DNA of 64,000 bases, from assembly GCF_009914755.1 (NCBI RefSeq), contig NC_060928.1; one strand, 5' to 3'. Under the pieces are notes generated by a model. The model had not been told where the DNA came from. It did not search any database and saw only the letters and a program-made list of their open reading frames with translations. This document shows positions 42,295 to 56,735 of this stretch, in pieces. The DNA comes from the human T2T-CHM13v2.0 reference genome, Homo sapiens. Every line of letters begins with the position of its first letter. Within the stretch, counting starts at the first letter, position 1. The position numbers were made by a program, and so were the translations under genes.

Positions 42295-43258
42295 TGAGAG
42301 GTGAAGCCAGCTGGACTTCCTGGGTCGAGTGGGGACTTGGAGAACTTTTCTGTCTAGCTAGAGGATTGTAAATGCACCAATCAGCACTCTGTGTCTAGCT
42401 AAAAGATTGTAAGTGCACCAGTCAGCACTCTGTAAAAATGCACCAATCAGTGCTCTGTGTCTAGCTAAAGGATTGTAAATGCACCAATCAGCACTCTGTA
42501 AAAATGCAGCAATCAACACTGTGTGTCTAGCTAAAGGATTGTAAATGCACCAATCAATATTCTGTAAAAACGCACCAATCAGTGCTCTGTGTCTAGCTAA
42601 AGGATTGTAAATGCACCAATCAGCACTCTGTAAAATGGACTAATCAGTGCTCTATAAAATGGACCAATCAGCAGGATGTGGGTGGGGCCAAATAAGAGAA
42701 TAAAAGCTGCCACCCCAGCCAGCAGTGGCAACCCGCTGGGGTCCCCTTCCACACTGTGAAAGCTTTGTTCTTTTGCTCTTCACAATAAATCTTGCTGCTG
42801 CTCACTCTTTGGGTCCACACTGCCTTTATGAGCTGTAACACTCACGGGGAGGGTCTGCAGCTTCATTCCTGAAGTCAGCGAGACCAGGAGCCCACCAGGA
42901 GGAACAAACAACTCCGGACCTGCCACCTTTAAGAGGTGTAACACTCACTGTGAAGGTCTGCAGCTTCACTCCTGAAGTCAGTGAGACCACGAACCCACTG
43001 GGAGGAACAAACAACTCCGGATGCACCACCTTTAAGAGCCGTAACACTCACTGCGAAGGTCTGCAGCTTCACTCCTGAAGTCAGCAAGACCACGAACCCA
43101 CCAGAAGGAAGAAACTCTGGACACATCTGAACATCTGAAGGAACAAACTCCAGACACACTATCTTTAAGAGCTGTAGCACTCACCACGAGGGTCTGCAGT
43201 TTCATTCTTGAAGTCAGCAAGACCAAGAACCCACCGGAAGGAATAAATTCTGGACACA
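42295..43258 (+). mobile_element. Solo LTR12-family (ERV9) LTR, 964 bp
   Basis: tgagaggtgaagccagctgg...ggacaca termini; 4-bp TSD ctat; U3 'ggattgtaaatgcaccaatcagcactctg' repeats; U5 'tgtaacactcac' repeats. Confidence 0.97.
42360..42710 (+). promoter_or_regulatory. LTR12 U3 enhancer/promoter: CCAAT (NF-Y) array plus AATAAA/TATA-like box
   Basis: 7 intact CCAAT boxes and 3 degenerate copies counted between 42377 and 42668; aataaa at ~42699. Confidence 0.7.
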
Positions 43259-43711
43259 CTATTAGGTTGTAGTTGATTTAAAACATGAAAGGATAAATAT
43301 AACATCCAATATTTGTATTGCTAGTTTATCATTGCTACTATTTCCACTTCTTTAACTAGTTCCAACCCACCTGGTTAGGTTTGTTTTGCATGTTACAAAC
43401 ATAAAAGACGTTTAAAAGAAACAACAACCCTATCTTCTTCTTGATCTAGAAGCAAATAAGAATATGATAAAATTTCAGAAAATCAAGGAAAATCCAAATA
43501 AAATAAACTCAGCTCTAGTGGGCTCATTTCAACATACTAGAGTTAGGAAATTCTCTTTGAGGTAGGATTAAGCTTACTTCATGAGCACTCAATTTATTTC
43601 TACTGTAAAACCACTCTTGGTGTAATGTAGCTGCCATTCATTAACATCAGAATTCTCCCAGTAGGTCTGGGATATTTAAATGTAGCAGCAGCATTCTAAA
43701 GTGGAGGCTGA

Positions 43712-44257
43712 TTTAACCTATCAATCCCGCCACTGGATACTACCTAAAGGAAAATAAGTCACTGTATCAAAAAGACACCTGTACATGTATGTTTATTGCA
43801 GCTCCATTCATAATTGCAAAGATATGGAACTCAGAAAACGTGGTGTGTGTGTGAGAGTGTGTGTGTGTATACAATGGAATACTAATCAGCCTCAATAAGG
43901 AATGGAATAATGTCTTTTGCAGCCACTTGGTTGGAACTGGAGGCCATTATTATAAGTAAAGTAATTCAGGAATGAAAAACCATATACTGCACGTTCTCAC
44001 TTATAAATGGGAGCTAAGCTATGGGTATTCAAAGACATGCAGTGTCATATAATGGACACTGGAGATTCAGAAAGGGAGAGGCTAGTGAAGAGGGGTGAAA
44101 GATGAAAAACTACCTATTGGGTAAAATGTACACTACTAAGTTGATGGGTGCACTGAAATGCTAGTCTTCATCACTATACAATTCATCCATGTAACCAAAC
44201 ACCACTTGTATCCCTAAAGTTACTGAAATTTTAAAAAGGTGCTAAGAAGAAAAAAAA
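43712..44257 (+). mobile_element. L1PB4-like 3' fragment
   Basis: 'aaaaactacctattggg...caattcatccatgtaaccaa'; degenerate TSD aaagtggaggctga/aaaattgaggctga. Confidence 0.88.
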
Positions 44258-45840
44258 TTGAGGCTGAAGATATGAGTCATCTCACACAAATGAGAAATTC
44301 GACTGCAAACTTTGATTAGGAAATCAAGTGGCCAGGAATTACAAAAATTATTTCAGAAACGTATTACACTGCGTATCATTTCTGCATATCCAGTTCTGAT
44401 CTCTGATTGATAATACAATCTCATACTACTTCTTTTCTGTGATTAGGTTGTTAGTTTAAACCCCAGTAGTTACTAGGCCTAGTTTCCTCCTTGCTGCTCA
44501 TCAACCATAGGCACTCATATTAGGACTGCTAACCCTTCTATCTCCATCACACTAACCCCAGAACAAGAGTACGATGTTCTAGTTTGAGCTCTCATTTCTG
44601 TGGTGCACAGAATATAAGCTAAGACATCTCAAAATGTAATTTTCCAAGATACAAGATGAAACTAGAAACAAACCATTTCAATAAATCCTAGAATGATAAC
44701 TCTATGATTGATTTTAAGGCCATATAACAGTATGGCCAAGTACATGTCTTATTGATATTTATAGCATTTGACACAGCTCATAGCTTTCATAAAATAGATG
44801 TTTTATAATCAAGTGATTATTTGAAAAGAAATATCAGTGGCAGTCAGAGTTTATAAAGCTAAACAAAAAAGCTATCTCTGGTTGATACAAGCAGCAAATG
44901 AATACACTGAAAGATTTGCAGAAGAGGTTGGGAAATGAAACTTATATAATGGGTAGGAATAAAAAAGACTAGGTGGAAATGAGAACCACAGAATGGTTCC
45001 AGAGGATGAGCTCCATGGAGACACCATAGCCACTATTTTGAATGACAAATACCATAGCTTGCCCATCACCATGACCCATGCTGAACATCTAACTTTGCAA
45101 GTAGCACCATTCCCACGTTTGTTCCTAGAAGCTGGATGTGAATACCACAATTTGGCCACAGGTGTTTTTCTGACCATGTCTCAGATGTTCTGTTAATTTA
45201 AACGTTTTATTGTATCAGGCTTTAGTGGTTAAAGAGGGGCTCTTTGAAGTATTTTACTTGAGAAGATGAATGGAAGATGTTTTAAGTCTTTAAAAGACAC
45301 ATATTGACTAATTTTATCTTACTTTAGATGATGGAACAAATACTATTGAGTAAAATTTATGAGAACACAGGATTTTTTTTTTCAATATAGAGAAATCCAA
45401 AATTAAAATGGGCAAAATCTTCGCTACTAGAAGTAATCGTGCAGGAATGAGATGGTCACCTCCTAGGGATAACACAGAACAAATTTCTGTTTGAGTGTGA
45501 GATTGGACCACATAACTGCTGAGAGTAACTCTCACTCTAGGTCTCCATAGTGCTTTGATCTCTGCCGTTGAATTTCATGTAAAGTAGTTTATATAGTTTA
45601 CATTGCTAATTGGCCTTCAAGATGAAAGCAATTTTACATTTGTACAGAAGAACAAAATTTGCCTCCAGCCTTTTGAAAATAATTATTTATGTGTAATGAC
45701 ATATCATAATTATTTCTTACTGCTTTCCTTAGTATTTATGGTGTTGACAGGTATATTTCAGCTTGATGTGGCTATTGGCTTTGGAAACTGAATATTTTAA
45801 TTTTCATTCAGATAGATTGTTAGATATTATAGAATATTTT

Positions 45841-46137
45841 GGCCAGGCACGGTGGCTCACGGCTGTAATCCCAGCACTTTGGGAGGCCAAGGCGAGTGGA
45901 TCACGAGGTCAGGAGATCGAGACCATCCTGGCTAACATGGTGAAACCCCATCTCTACTAAAAAATACAAAAAATTAGCCAGGCGTGGTGGCGGGCGCCTG
46001 TAGTCCCAGCTACTTGGGGGGGCTGAGGCAGGAGAATGGCGTGAACTCAGGAGGCACAGCTTGCAGTGAGCTGAGATCATGCCACTGCGCTCTAGCCTGG
46101 GTGACAGAGTAAGAATGCATCTCAAAAAAGAAAAAAA
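45841..46137 (+). mobile_element. AluY
   Basis: 'gagatcgagaccatcctggctaac' and 'gagaatggcgtgaac' Y diagnostics; TSD agaatattt. Confidence 0.97.
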
Positions 46138-46331
46138 AGAATATTTCCTGTACTTTTTTTTTGCATAATTATTTGGCTTTTTTAAAGTAATTCCAAAAGT
46201 ACAGAAAAGTTGAAATACAGTACTAATTCCTGATTACCCTTTGCTCAAGTTTCCAAATAGTTAATATGTTCCTATATTTGATTAATCATTATTTTCATTC
46301 TCTCTGTGTGTTCATGTGAGTAGGTATGTAT

Positions 46332-46841
46332 TATTAAAGAAAAATTACATTAATAAATTCAAAAAAACAAATAAGACTTTGTTCAAGAATACTGCAATAG
46401 GAAAGAGAGATTGAATTCAACTTTACAGAAACAAAAGGTTGGAGAATTTTTAAATGCTTAGGTGAGCTAGTGGGAAAGTACTGAAGCACATTATGGGGGA
46501 GGTTGGTCAAAGTATTTAGACCATCTGTGTTTGCTAATGCTTGTTTATCTAAGTTGGGATCCTACCCCCACAAGGAAACTGAGAGTTAAGAGTGTTATCT
46601 TTCTTAATGAATTACATTTCAAAGGGATCATTTCCAGGTTCTTGAGAAAGACATTCTTGAGTTGTAAAACTGTAAAACTAGCAAGAAACTAGATGATTTA
46701 CATAATGGGCAGAAACAATTTACAATTTTAAGTTTTCTGAAGGAAGTGCCCTAAGAAAAGTGAATTTAGGCACCTATGGTCAGGAAGAAATCTGTTTAAA
46801 GTTTGGCAAAGCTGAAGGGAACTGAAAGGCCATCTTGGTCA
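46332..46841 (-). mobile_element. MER67/MER31-like ERV1 LTR inside an old L1
   Basis: 'ttaaagaaaaatta...gagagattgaattcaact...ggtgagctagtggg...gccatcttggtca'. Confidence 0.75.
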
Positions 46842-47692
46842 ATGTGTGTATATATGGGTCTTGGCAATAGCACAATTATGGCATATAGGGTTCAAAACAG
46901 CAAATGTACATACACATGCATACATCTACACACATATATATGCATGTGGATGTGTGTATATTTATACTTTTTTCAGAAATGTTTCAGAGTAAGAAACAGA
47001 CATGACACCCCTTCACCTCTAAATACTCCAGTATTCTTTCATAAAAACAATATAATTATCTTACAGACAATCTCATGCACACATTTTCTTATATTTAATA
47101 ACTATAGTATAATTGTTAAAATCAGGACGTTACTGCATATGATTTTCACAACAACCCTAGACTGCAAAGTTACTGATAGGCTACATTTTTACTAGTGAAG
47201 GAAACATGCATATTGGCATTTGGCTCCAAGACTGGGGACCAGAGATATTACATAGATTTTTTTCGATTTTAGTAAAGAACAACTCTAAGATTTACTACAT
47301 ATGGCTTCCTTTACGGCAAACCATGTTGAACAGCAATTGATAGTGGTTATGCATGTTTGTAATAAATGTGAAGATGTGTGTTTTAGTAATCTCAAGACAG
47401 TGTGTTTTCCATCAAGGTCTCTAGAATTTTGTAATTCTTTACTACTTTTGGCTGTGTCAGAAAATAGAGTAGTTTGAATTTAAATGCTTGTGGTGAAACC
47501 CATATGTTGTATTACACATTTGCCAGGTTGCTGTAGGAAGCTCAACAAAACCAAAGGAGTCCCTTCCATTATTAATGAATCTCTAGGCTCTTAGGCACAT
47601 TCTGTGAGCCATAGAAATAAATGAAATATTCATTAAAACACTTAAACTATTAATATTATAGCAACAAAGATAAAAGAAATAACATGGTTTAA

Positions 47693-48331
<639 letters not shown>

Positions 48332-48386
48332 CATTTTTCTATTTTTAATAAATCTGCATTTGTTAACATCTAGACACACACTAATA

Positions 48387-48824
48387 CAACTGACCCTGAA
48401 CACCACGGATTTGAATAGCATGGGTCCACTTATACGTGAATTTTATTTCACTTCTGCCACCCCTGAGAGCAAGGCCAATCATTTCTCTTTCTCCTTCTCC
48501 TCGGCCTACTCAATGTGAAGATGATAAAGATGAAGACCTTTGTGATGATTCACTTCCACTTAATAAATAATAAATATATTTTTCTACCTTATGATTTTCT
48601 TAATAACATGTTCTTTTCTCTAGCTTTCTTTATTGTAAGAACACAGTATATAATACATATAACACAAAAAATATATGTTAATCAAATTTATGTTATCAGT
48701 AACACTTCTGGCCAACTGCAGGCAATTAGTAGTTAAGTGTTTGGGTGATCAAAAGTTATACATGGATTTTCAACTGCATGGTGCCCAGCTCCCCTAACCC
48801 CCAACATTGTTTAAGGGTCAATTG
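48387..48824. mobile_element. Tigger2a/MER28 non-autonomous DNA transposon
   Basis: TIRs caactgaccctgaaca / tgtttaagggtcaattg; TA duplication on both sides. Confidence 0.9.
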
Positions 48825-48871
48825 TATAAGATATCTGAATTGTTGAGTAAGTATTTTTCAAAGTTTCTGTT

Positions 48872-49075
48872 AGAAGTCAGCAAATCTTTTTTTTAAAGGG
48901 TTAGAGAGTAAATATCTCGGTTTTGCATGCTATGTGTGGTCTCAATCATATATTCTTCTTTGAATTTTGTTAAAAATTTGTAAAAATATGAAAACAATTT
49001 TTAGTGTAAGGGCCATACCAAAGTATGCCAGGTATCAGATTTGACACATGGGTTTAGCCTAGTTGCTAATCAATG
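48872..49075. mobile_element. MER58-family hAT element
   Basis: 'gtcagcaaatc...taaagggttagagagtaaatat...tagttgc'. Confidence 0.7.
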
Positions 49076-50913
49076 ACCTAGAGCATATGTTACAGTCCAC
49101 TGAAGAAAATTAGACATCATTTATTTTATATGAGGTTAGTAGAGGTTCTTAAAATTTTCTCTAAAGAATTATTTGTCTTCATGTGATCAAATACAATCAG
49201 TGGCAAAAATTCCAAACTGTATGCTACTGCTGGTCCTGTTGTCAAAATGACTACCAAACTAATGATTCTATTAACACATTAGTGCTGAATACAATGAAAG
49301 TCTGAATTTAAGTTTAATAAATATGAAATTAGTGTCTATCAACCTAGTGGCATTCTTCTATGTGTGAACCCAATCTCTTTAAAATCACTATGAATCAATA
49401 TATAATTGAACATGAACAAGCAGTACAAAGATTTCCTAGTTATTACATATATGTGCATCCAAGTACTATTATAATTTCTACTTAACCTACAATAATACTT
49501 ATTGTTAAGCAATCTTGGTTGCAAAGGGAAAAAGCCTGACCTGAGGAAGGCAAATATTATGGTTTATTTTACTCACTAATGTGTAATTAGTGTTTAGAAG
49601 AATCCTTGGTACTGAAGATACTAAATAAATATTAAATGAATGGATAGAAAAAAGTTCTGATAATCAGACCACCAAGAGCAGTAAGGACTTGTTAGAGAGA
49701 AAATCAGACCTGAAGTCATAAAGTTACCAAAGAGAAAATCATGACAAGATTCAGACTTAAGGGAGAAGACAGAGACCACCAGAAGAGGGATACACGGCAG
49801 GAATTGGAGCAGAGTAGAAATTCAGAAGTCCCAGTTCTGCAACTGGACATGAGAACACAAGAGAATCATGCTAAATCTCTGACTATCTGCTGGTCTCGAA
49901 ATCTTTGTTTTCCTTGATGGAGCAGAATTGGCTTCAAAGTATGCCTTGAGTTGAACCTACAAGTGGGGATCATGTGGCCTGCAAGTTGGGATCCCCTAAA
50001 AGTGGGGATCAAGTCCCATCCCTTGAAAAAGGATATTTTTGATTCACGGAAGTCAGCCCAGAGTCTGACACCTAGCAGTTGCTTACTACTTTACTTATTA
50101 AAGAAGCAACTCTGTGGGAAAGAGAGTCAAGCAGATCATAAAGCTGTATTTTTTTCTTTTCACATATTTATAATGTATCACATAATTTGTATGAAATAGT
50201 TACCAAATATATTGAGATTCATAATGGCTGCCAATTTAGTAATTAATATATTTTAGTTACAATGCTTTCTGATGAATATTTTTACAAGTGTTTTATCCAC
50301 TTTGCTACTTTAATAAATGTGGTGTACTGAACATCATTTCTTTTCGATGATGATTTCATGTTGTTAATTTAATTACTCATTAATTGCTAATAATGATTTT
50401 GATATTAATGCTTTTGGTCCTAGGACTGGCCTCAATACAAACTATTACCTTTATTTATTTTTATTTAAAAGTATGGTAAGGATGGGATTATAAAATATAA
50501 GTTAAACAGAAATATCACATTATAAACATCAGTAAAATGTGTGATTTCTCGAATAATAAATCAGTACAGAAACAAAAGTATTTACTAATTTTGTTCTAGA
50601 GACAAGGTTGAGTTTAGACAAGTTTTTATTATTTCAAAACCAGGATTTGGGAAATAAATCACTGAGAAAATAGAGCAATAATGTTAAGAGAAAAATTTTA
50701 AACAACTCTGTAGTCCTTTTAGCAATACACAGTGGGTTACAGAGAACAATTGAGTTACTCTTCTGTGTCTCCTGATTTTCCTGAATTTACACTCAGCCTA
50801 ATGGTTGCAGTATTCCACACAGCACTTAGCATATCATAGTAATCCAGTAAGTAGATTTGAATTGATTTGCTATAAAACCAAGATCTTGGGTGAAGTTACA
50901 AACAAATATAATA

Positions 50914-51400
50914 CAGTGGAGCAGTGAAGCTGGTCCCTACCAGCTCACGCAATCGAATTGCTCAATTTTCAGGAAAGATGAGAGACATTATTGAACAATT
51001 AAATTGTATAAACTTAAAATTAAATGAATTCTACTACAAACAAATATAATAAACATTCAAAATTCATTACTTCCAAATCATCATATTACATTATACCATC
51101 TCTGATCCTCAGGTTGTGAATGGTCTAATATACTTTATAACATAATTTATAACTATATTGTATATCTAATATACTTTATAACATAATTTATAACTATATT
51201 GTATATCTAATATACTTTATAACATACTTTATAACTATATTGCTGTGCATTTCTTTCCATTTTTGTCTTAAGTGACATCACTTTATAGCATGAAATGTAC
51301 CATGGTGGTAGCATTTACAACAAGAAAATTGGCAAATGCTACAAGCCGGGCTTATTTTCCCTCAAAGAATCAAGAGTTAAACACTTATGAGCATATCAGT
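50914..51400 (+). mobile_element. MER63-family hAT element
   Basis: 'cagtgg...caattttcagga...aaattggcaaatgctacaa...gttaaacactta'. Confidence 0.75.
51124..51242. repeat. 41-bp AT-rich minisatellite, 2.9 copies
   Basis: Unit tctaatatactttataacataatttataactatattgtata at 51124, 51165 and 51206. Confidence 0.95.
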
Positions 51401-51439
51401 CTTCACAGTGGACAAACATATTTTTCTCTCTATTTGTAG

Positions 51440-51495
51440 CATGATCATATAACTGAGATAAGTCTTAGAGAGAACTTGATCCAAAAGTTTACAAG
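51440..51495 (+). pseudogene. Candidate exon (phase 0->2, open)
   Basis: tttttctctctatttgtag| ... ACAAG|gtaaaa; reads HDHITEISLRENLIQKFT. Confidence 0.35.
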
Positions 51496-52275
51496 GTAAA
51501 AACATGTGACATGCTCATGCAGATTTATTTATTAAAATTGTTCTTCTAAATTAGGTAAAAACATAGAAATAAACATTAACTAGAAAGGACAGTCTGAATT
51601 CTCCATTAAGAAGCCTTGATAGGATCAATCAGTCAATATATAATTGCCTGTAAATAGCAGAAAGCCAAATTATTACACTCCCTATGTGTGGATGAATGCA
51701 ATTAATAAAAGCTCAATTTTTTCTCAGTCAACCACATGATTTTTTTTATTTTAACCCCTGCTATTGACCACTCTGTTAGCAAGTGTGCAACACATTATCC
51801 TGGACATGAGCCAGCTTCACCAATGCCAAGTTGGATCCCATCATTGATACATTCAGGAGCATTTGGTACATTCAATAGAAGTCACAGCTGAGGATTTTTG
51901 CCTTCTCTGACCAGCCTATTTATGAGCTTTTCCTCATATGAAAGGAAACAAGTTTGGAAAAGTGACTGTGGCACTCATCGAGGGGAAAATAAAACCTTCA
52001 GGGAAGAATCATTTCAAGAATAGAATTTCTAAATTTTTCCCTGTTAACCATTTGATATGTATGAATGTGACAAAAGAAAGAGAAATTAAACAAATACAAC
52101 TTTCATTTTAAAAGTTCAGATATACAGCTATATTTTCAATGGTGTCTATGTGGATATATTTCTGCACAGGCAGAGAAAGATACTGTAGGCATTTCCCACC
52201 AAATAGTGACAGTAGTTGTCTCTAGATGTTGTTATATTTGATAATTTTATTTTTGCATTTTAAAATTTACCATTA

Positions 52276-52659
<384 letters not shown>

Positions 52660-52899
52660 TTTAAAAATCTAGAATTTTTTAACATTTAAATTCAGTTTCT
52701 TCCAATTTGTTATAAAAAGTTAAGTTGCTCTTAATTTTTGGAAAATTATAGAATTTAAAGAAGCCAATTTTTCTCATAAACACAATCACATTACTTTCTA
52801 TATTTTAAAAAAAACTAAGTAGGAAGCAATCCTATATAATAAATAATTTTCATATGCTACTCTTCCATTTGCAATTTGAAAGTAAATATATAAAATAAT

Positions 52900-53095
52900 G
52901 ACTAAAAGCATGAGGTTTGAATGCTGGCAGATGCAGCTTCAAAGTCCCACTATACCATTTACTATGTAATTAGAGGCAAGTTATTTATCTTTTCTCTCCT
53001 TTTTTTTTTTCAAAATAGAAATAAGTATATGTAACTTGCAGAAATTTCATTAAGATTAAATATGAAATATGTATAGCATGCCATTAACAACCAAT
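52900..53095 (+). mobile_element. MIR
   Basis: 'ccatttactatgtaattagaggcaagttattta...aaaatagaaataa'. Confidence 0.6.
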
Positions 53096-53937
53096 AGCTT
53101 CAATATCATTAAAAGAGGAAAAGGTATTTCAGAAATATGCTTACGAAGACTTAAACGGAACTCAGATATTTGGTCTTGAAATTGTTTTAACATTCGAGCC
53201 AATTAGAATCACTTTACAAAATTAAATGTTCAGACCTCTGATATTTAGAATGATAGCCATGATTCAAGTGTTCATTACAAAATAAAGAAAATTATGTTGC
53301 CAGGATATTTGTATAATCTTTGTTGCTCTCATTTCTGCTTCTGTAGTGTTTCTATTCTTCTGAACTGCAGAGAGCAAAGATGCATATGTTGTTCCAGCTG
53401 CTGTTGCTTTAGGCTCTCCACATTGGTGTTAACTTGTGAGACTCTGATATACGGAGCCAAGAATATGTTTTAATTTTTTTCACAGCAGATTATATAACAA
53501 GCTTTTATGTCACAATATGCAAATCTGGTTATTGCCTGGAAAGATTTCAACAGTGGCTGAAGTTCCATTTAATGAGATACATACAGTCTTCAAATTTTTA
53601 ATCAGACACCACTATGGGCTGGGCATTATTCCCAGAACTAGGAATCAATGACTAAGACAAATATCCAGATTTTGTGAAGCTTCTCATTTAGTTGTGGGGG
53701 AGATAATCATAATAAATACGTAATATACATATAGAGGAAGATAAGAGGTACTGTGGAAAAATAGTGGAAGATAAGGGAAACTATGAGTTAGAATTTACAT
53801 GTACTTCCAGTCCTTAGAAAAATCATTGCTGATACCATGTCTGACCACACTATTAAAATTGCACTCCCTTCTGTAACTTAGACTAAGTTCACCTAAACTT
53901 GCACACTGTTCTGCATAGCAATTATTGCTATTATTAA

Positions 53938-54247
<310 letters not shown>

Positions 54248-54805
54248 TAATACGTTTCTTCGCTCTGCCATTAGAATGTAAACTCTATGAATACAGGAAT
54301 TTTTTCCTGTTTTGTTCTTTGCATCTGTTTTGTTCTCACTTCAGGCAAAACCAGTAATGTTTTGTTCAATAATCTGGTAGAAAATCTTGAAAAGTGTTCA
54401 GGGAGTGAATAGTGAAGGACCATGCTAAAGAATTTCAAATTTCTTGTTCTGGGGATTGTGAGCTACTAAACACTTAGAATAATCTGTTTTGCGCTTAGGG
54501 ATAGAAGGAATGGAGGAAAGAATAGAGGCCCTGGGCAAAGATGAATGCCTCCCTTTGTAGTGGCAAGGCGGCTGTAGAAGTAGTAATGGAAATGAAAGAT
54601 GGATAGTTTGTTGTCAATTGGAAATTGGGAGAGAGAAAGGAGAAATTAGGACTTCCAGGCTTCAAGTTTGAATGACTAGATGGATAGTGATTCATTTCTA
54701 TGGACCGCAAAATAAGAAAACAGGAGAAGGGACACATTTGAGAATGTATGTTCAGTTGAAATATTCTGGGTTTGAGTAAATACATGTGATACTCCGGTAG
54801 AGTAA

Positions 54806-55108
<303 letters not shown>

Positions 55109-56735
55109 AGATAGAGTAAATTTAAAACTGGAGTCCTGAAGATATTAAGATTGGAATTTTTAGGAATTATAAGCATATTGGTACTAGTTGAAGTTAAGAG
55201 TTAGGATGAAAAATAACAGTGTTTTATATGCTGAAGGAGAAAGAAAACAAAAAGGAGATGTTTTTAAAAGGCAAAGTGAAATCCCATTGGCAGAACAATT
55301 GACAATACAGGTGAAAAGAGCTCTGTGCCTCTGAAATAGGCCAAAAGGATACAATGATGCTTTCTCCTATTCCTGCCAAAGTGGCTATAGGAAACTTCAT
55401 TTTTCTCATCTTCACTTGGCCTAGGTACATGTGTTCTTAATAATTGCTATAAATAAGCTAACTACTCTTCTTTTGCTCTCCTTTCATGTCTATTTTGCTT
55501 AAGGGCTTAGATGGGGTTGCATTCCACCTCAAATCAACTCCAGACCTGGGCTGAAGGCACAAGTCATCCACCACCAGGAGACTCTGCCTTTCATCATCTA
55601 CCAGATACCTGGATCTGCCTTAAAGGGCAGATCACTCCTACTCTTTTCTAAAGACTTCTATCTGATGCCTTCTCAGTAGAAATTATGTATTAGTACCCCA
55701 TAGCAGGTTGCAAATAAGTGATTTGGATTCTCTCTTTTAAACTGTACATCCCTTAGGAAAAAGATATGTATGATGAGAGAGGGTTTTCAATTGCTTCCTT
55801 TTCCTTCTTTAGTACTCACCTGGAAAACTCACCAGTACAATACATTCTCTTGTCTTCTACAGCTGACCTGCTGAGCACGTCTTGAGGAAATCACACAACG
55901 CTCATAAGGGTCATCACATAGGTAATGTTAGAAACTTTTACTAAAACCTTATTACTGATGAGGAAGGATTTTGCATGCATTCCATCTGTACTCTTTCATA
56001 TTTTGCACAATGGCTGTTCACTTCTTTAGAGATGCCTGGAGGCCCAAACTCCAGCACTCCTTCATTCTCAATACTCTTACCTCACAGAGAAAATAGAGGC
56101 CATACATTCCCTCAGCTTCTTGCCTACTACTGACATATGTTTTTTTTCTATTCTGATCCTGGTTGCTGTTGAAAAATATGATCAAATCCTCTATTAAGCT
56201 AACTATTTTAGTAAGTATCATTAATAATACTACTACTATAGCGTCATTAGCTCACAAAGTTTCTACCTTATTTCTTTTTAATTTTTTTATTTTTTAATGT
56301 TTTTATGAATACATAGTAGGTGTGTATATTTATGGGGTACATGAGATATTTTGACGTATTTTGATACATGTATACAACATGAAATAAGCATATCATGGAA
56401 AATGGGATATCCATCCCCTCAAGCATTTATTTTTTGAGTTACAAACAGTCCAATTACATTCTTTAAGTTATTTTAAATATACAATTAAGTTATTATTGAT
56501 ATAGTCTACCTATTGTGCTATCATCAAATAGTCTTATTCATTCTTTCTAATTTTTTGTAACCATTAACGTTTTCTACCTTTTACCCAACCCTCCACTACT
56601 TTTCCTAACCTCTGGTAATCATCCTTCTACTCTCTATGTCCATGAGTTCAATTGATTTGGTTTTGAGATTCCAAAAATAAGTGAGAACATGTGATGTGTG
56701 TCTTTTTGTGTCTGGCTTATTTCACTTAACATGAT

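Noticed and set aside
42350-43258. Regular repeats and - strand ORFs (42826-43259) as a novel array or repeat protein
   Set aside because: These are the standard U3/U5 internal repeats of LTR12
44872-45196. Overlapping 101-aa (-) and 67-aa (+) ORFs
   Set aside because: No recognisable domain or splice structure; probably an old LTR fragment
47225-47280. 'GDQRYYIDF' as a WWE-domain motif
   Set aside because: Short match followed by two stops; no conserved Trp region seen upstream
49961-50011. Three near-copies of aagt(g/t)gggatc
   Set aside because: Irregular spacing and too short to interpret
53145-53443. - strand exon with an IQ-like motif (RATKIIQISWQH)
   Set aside because: Several frames on both strands look equally plausible and all contain stops; this shows how easily such patterns arise by chance
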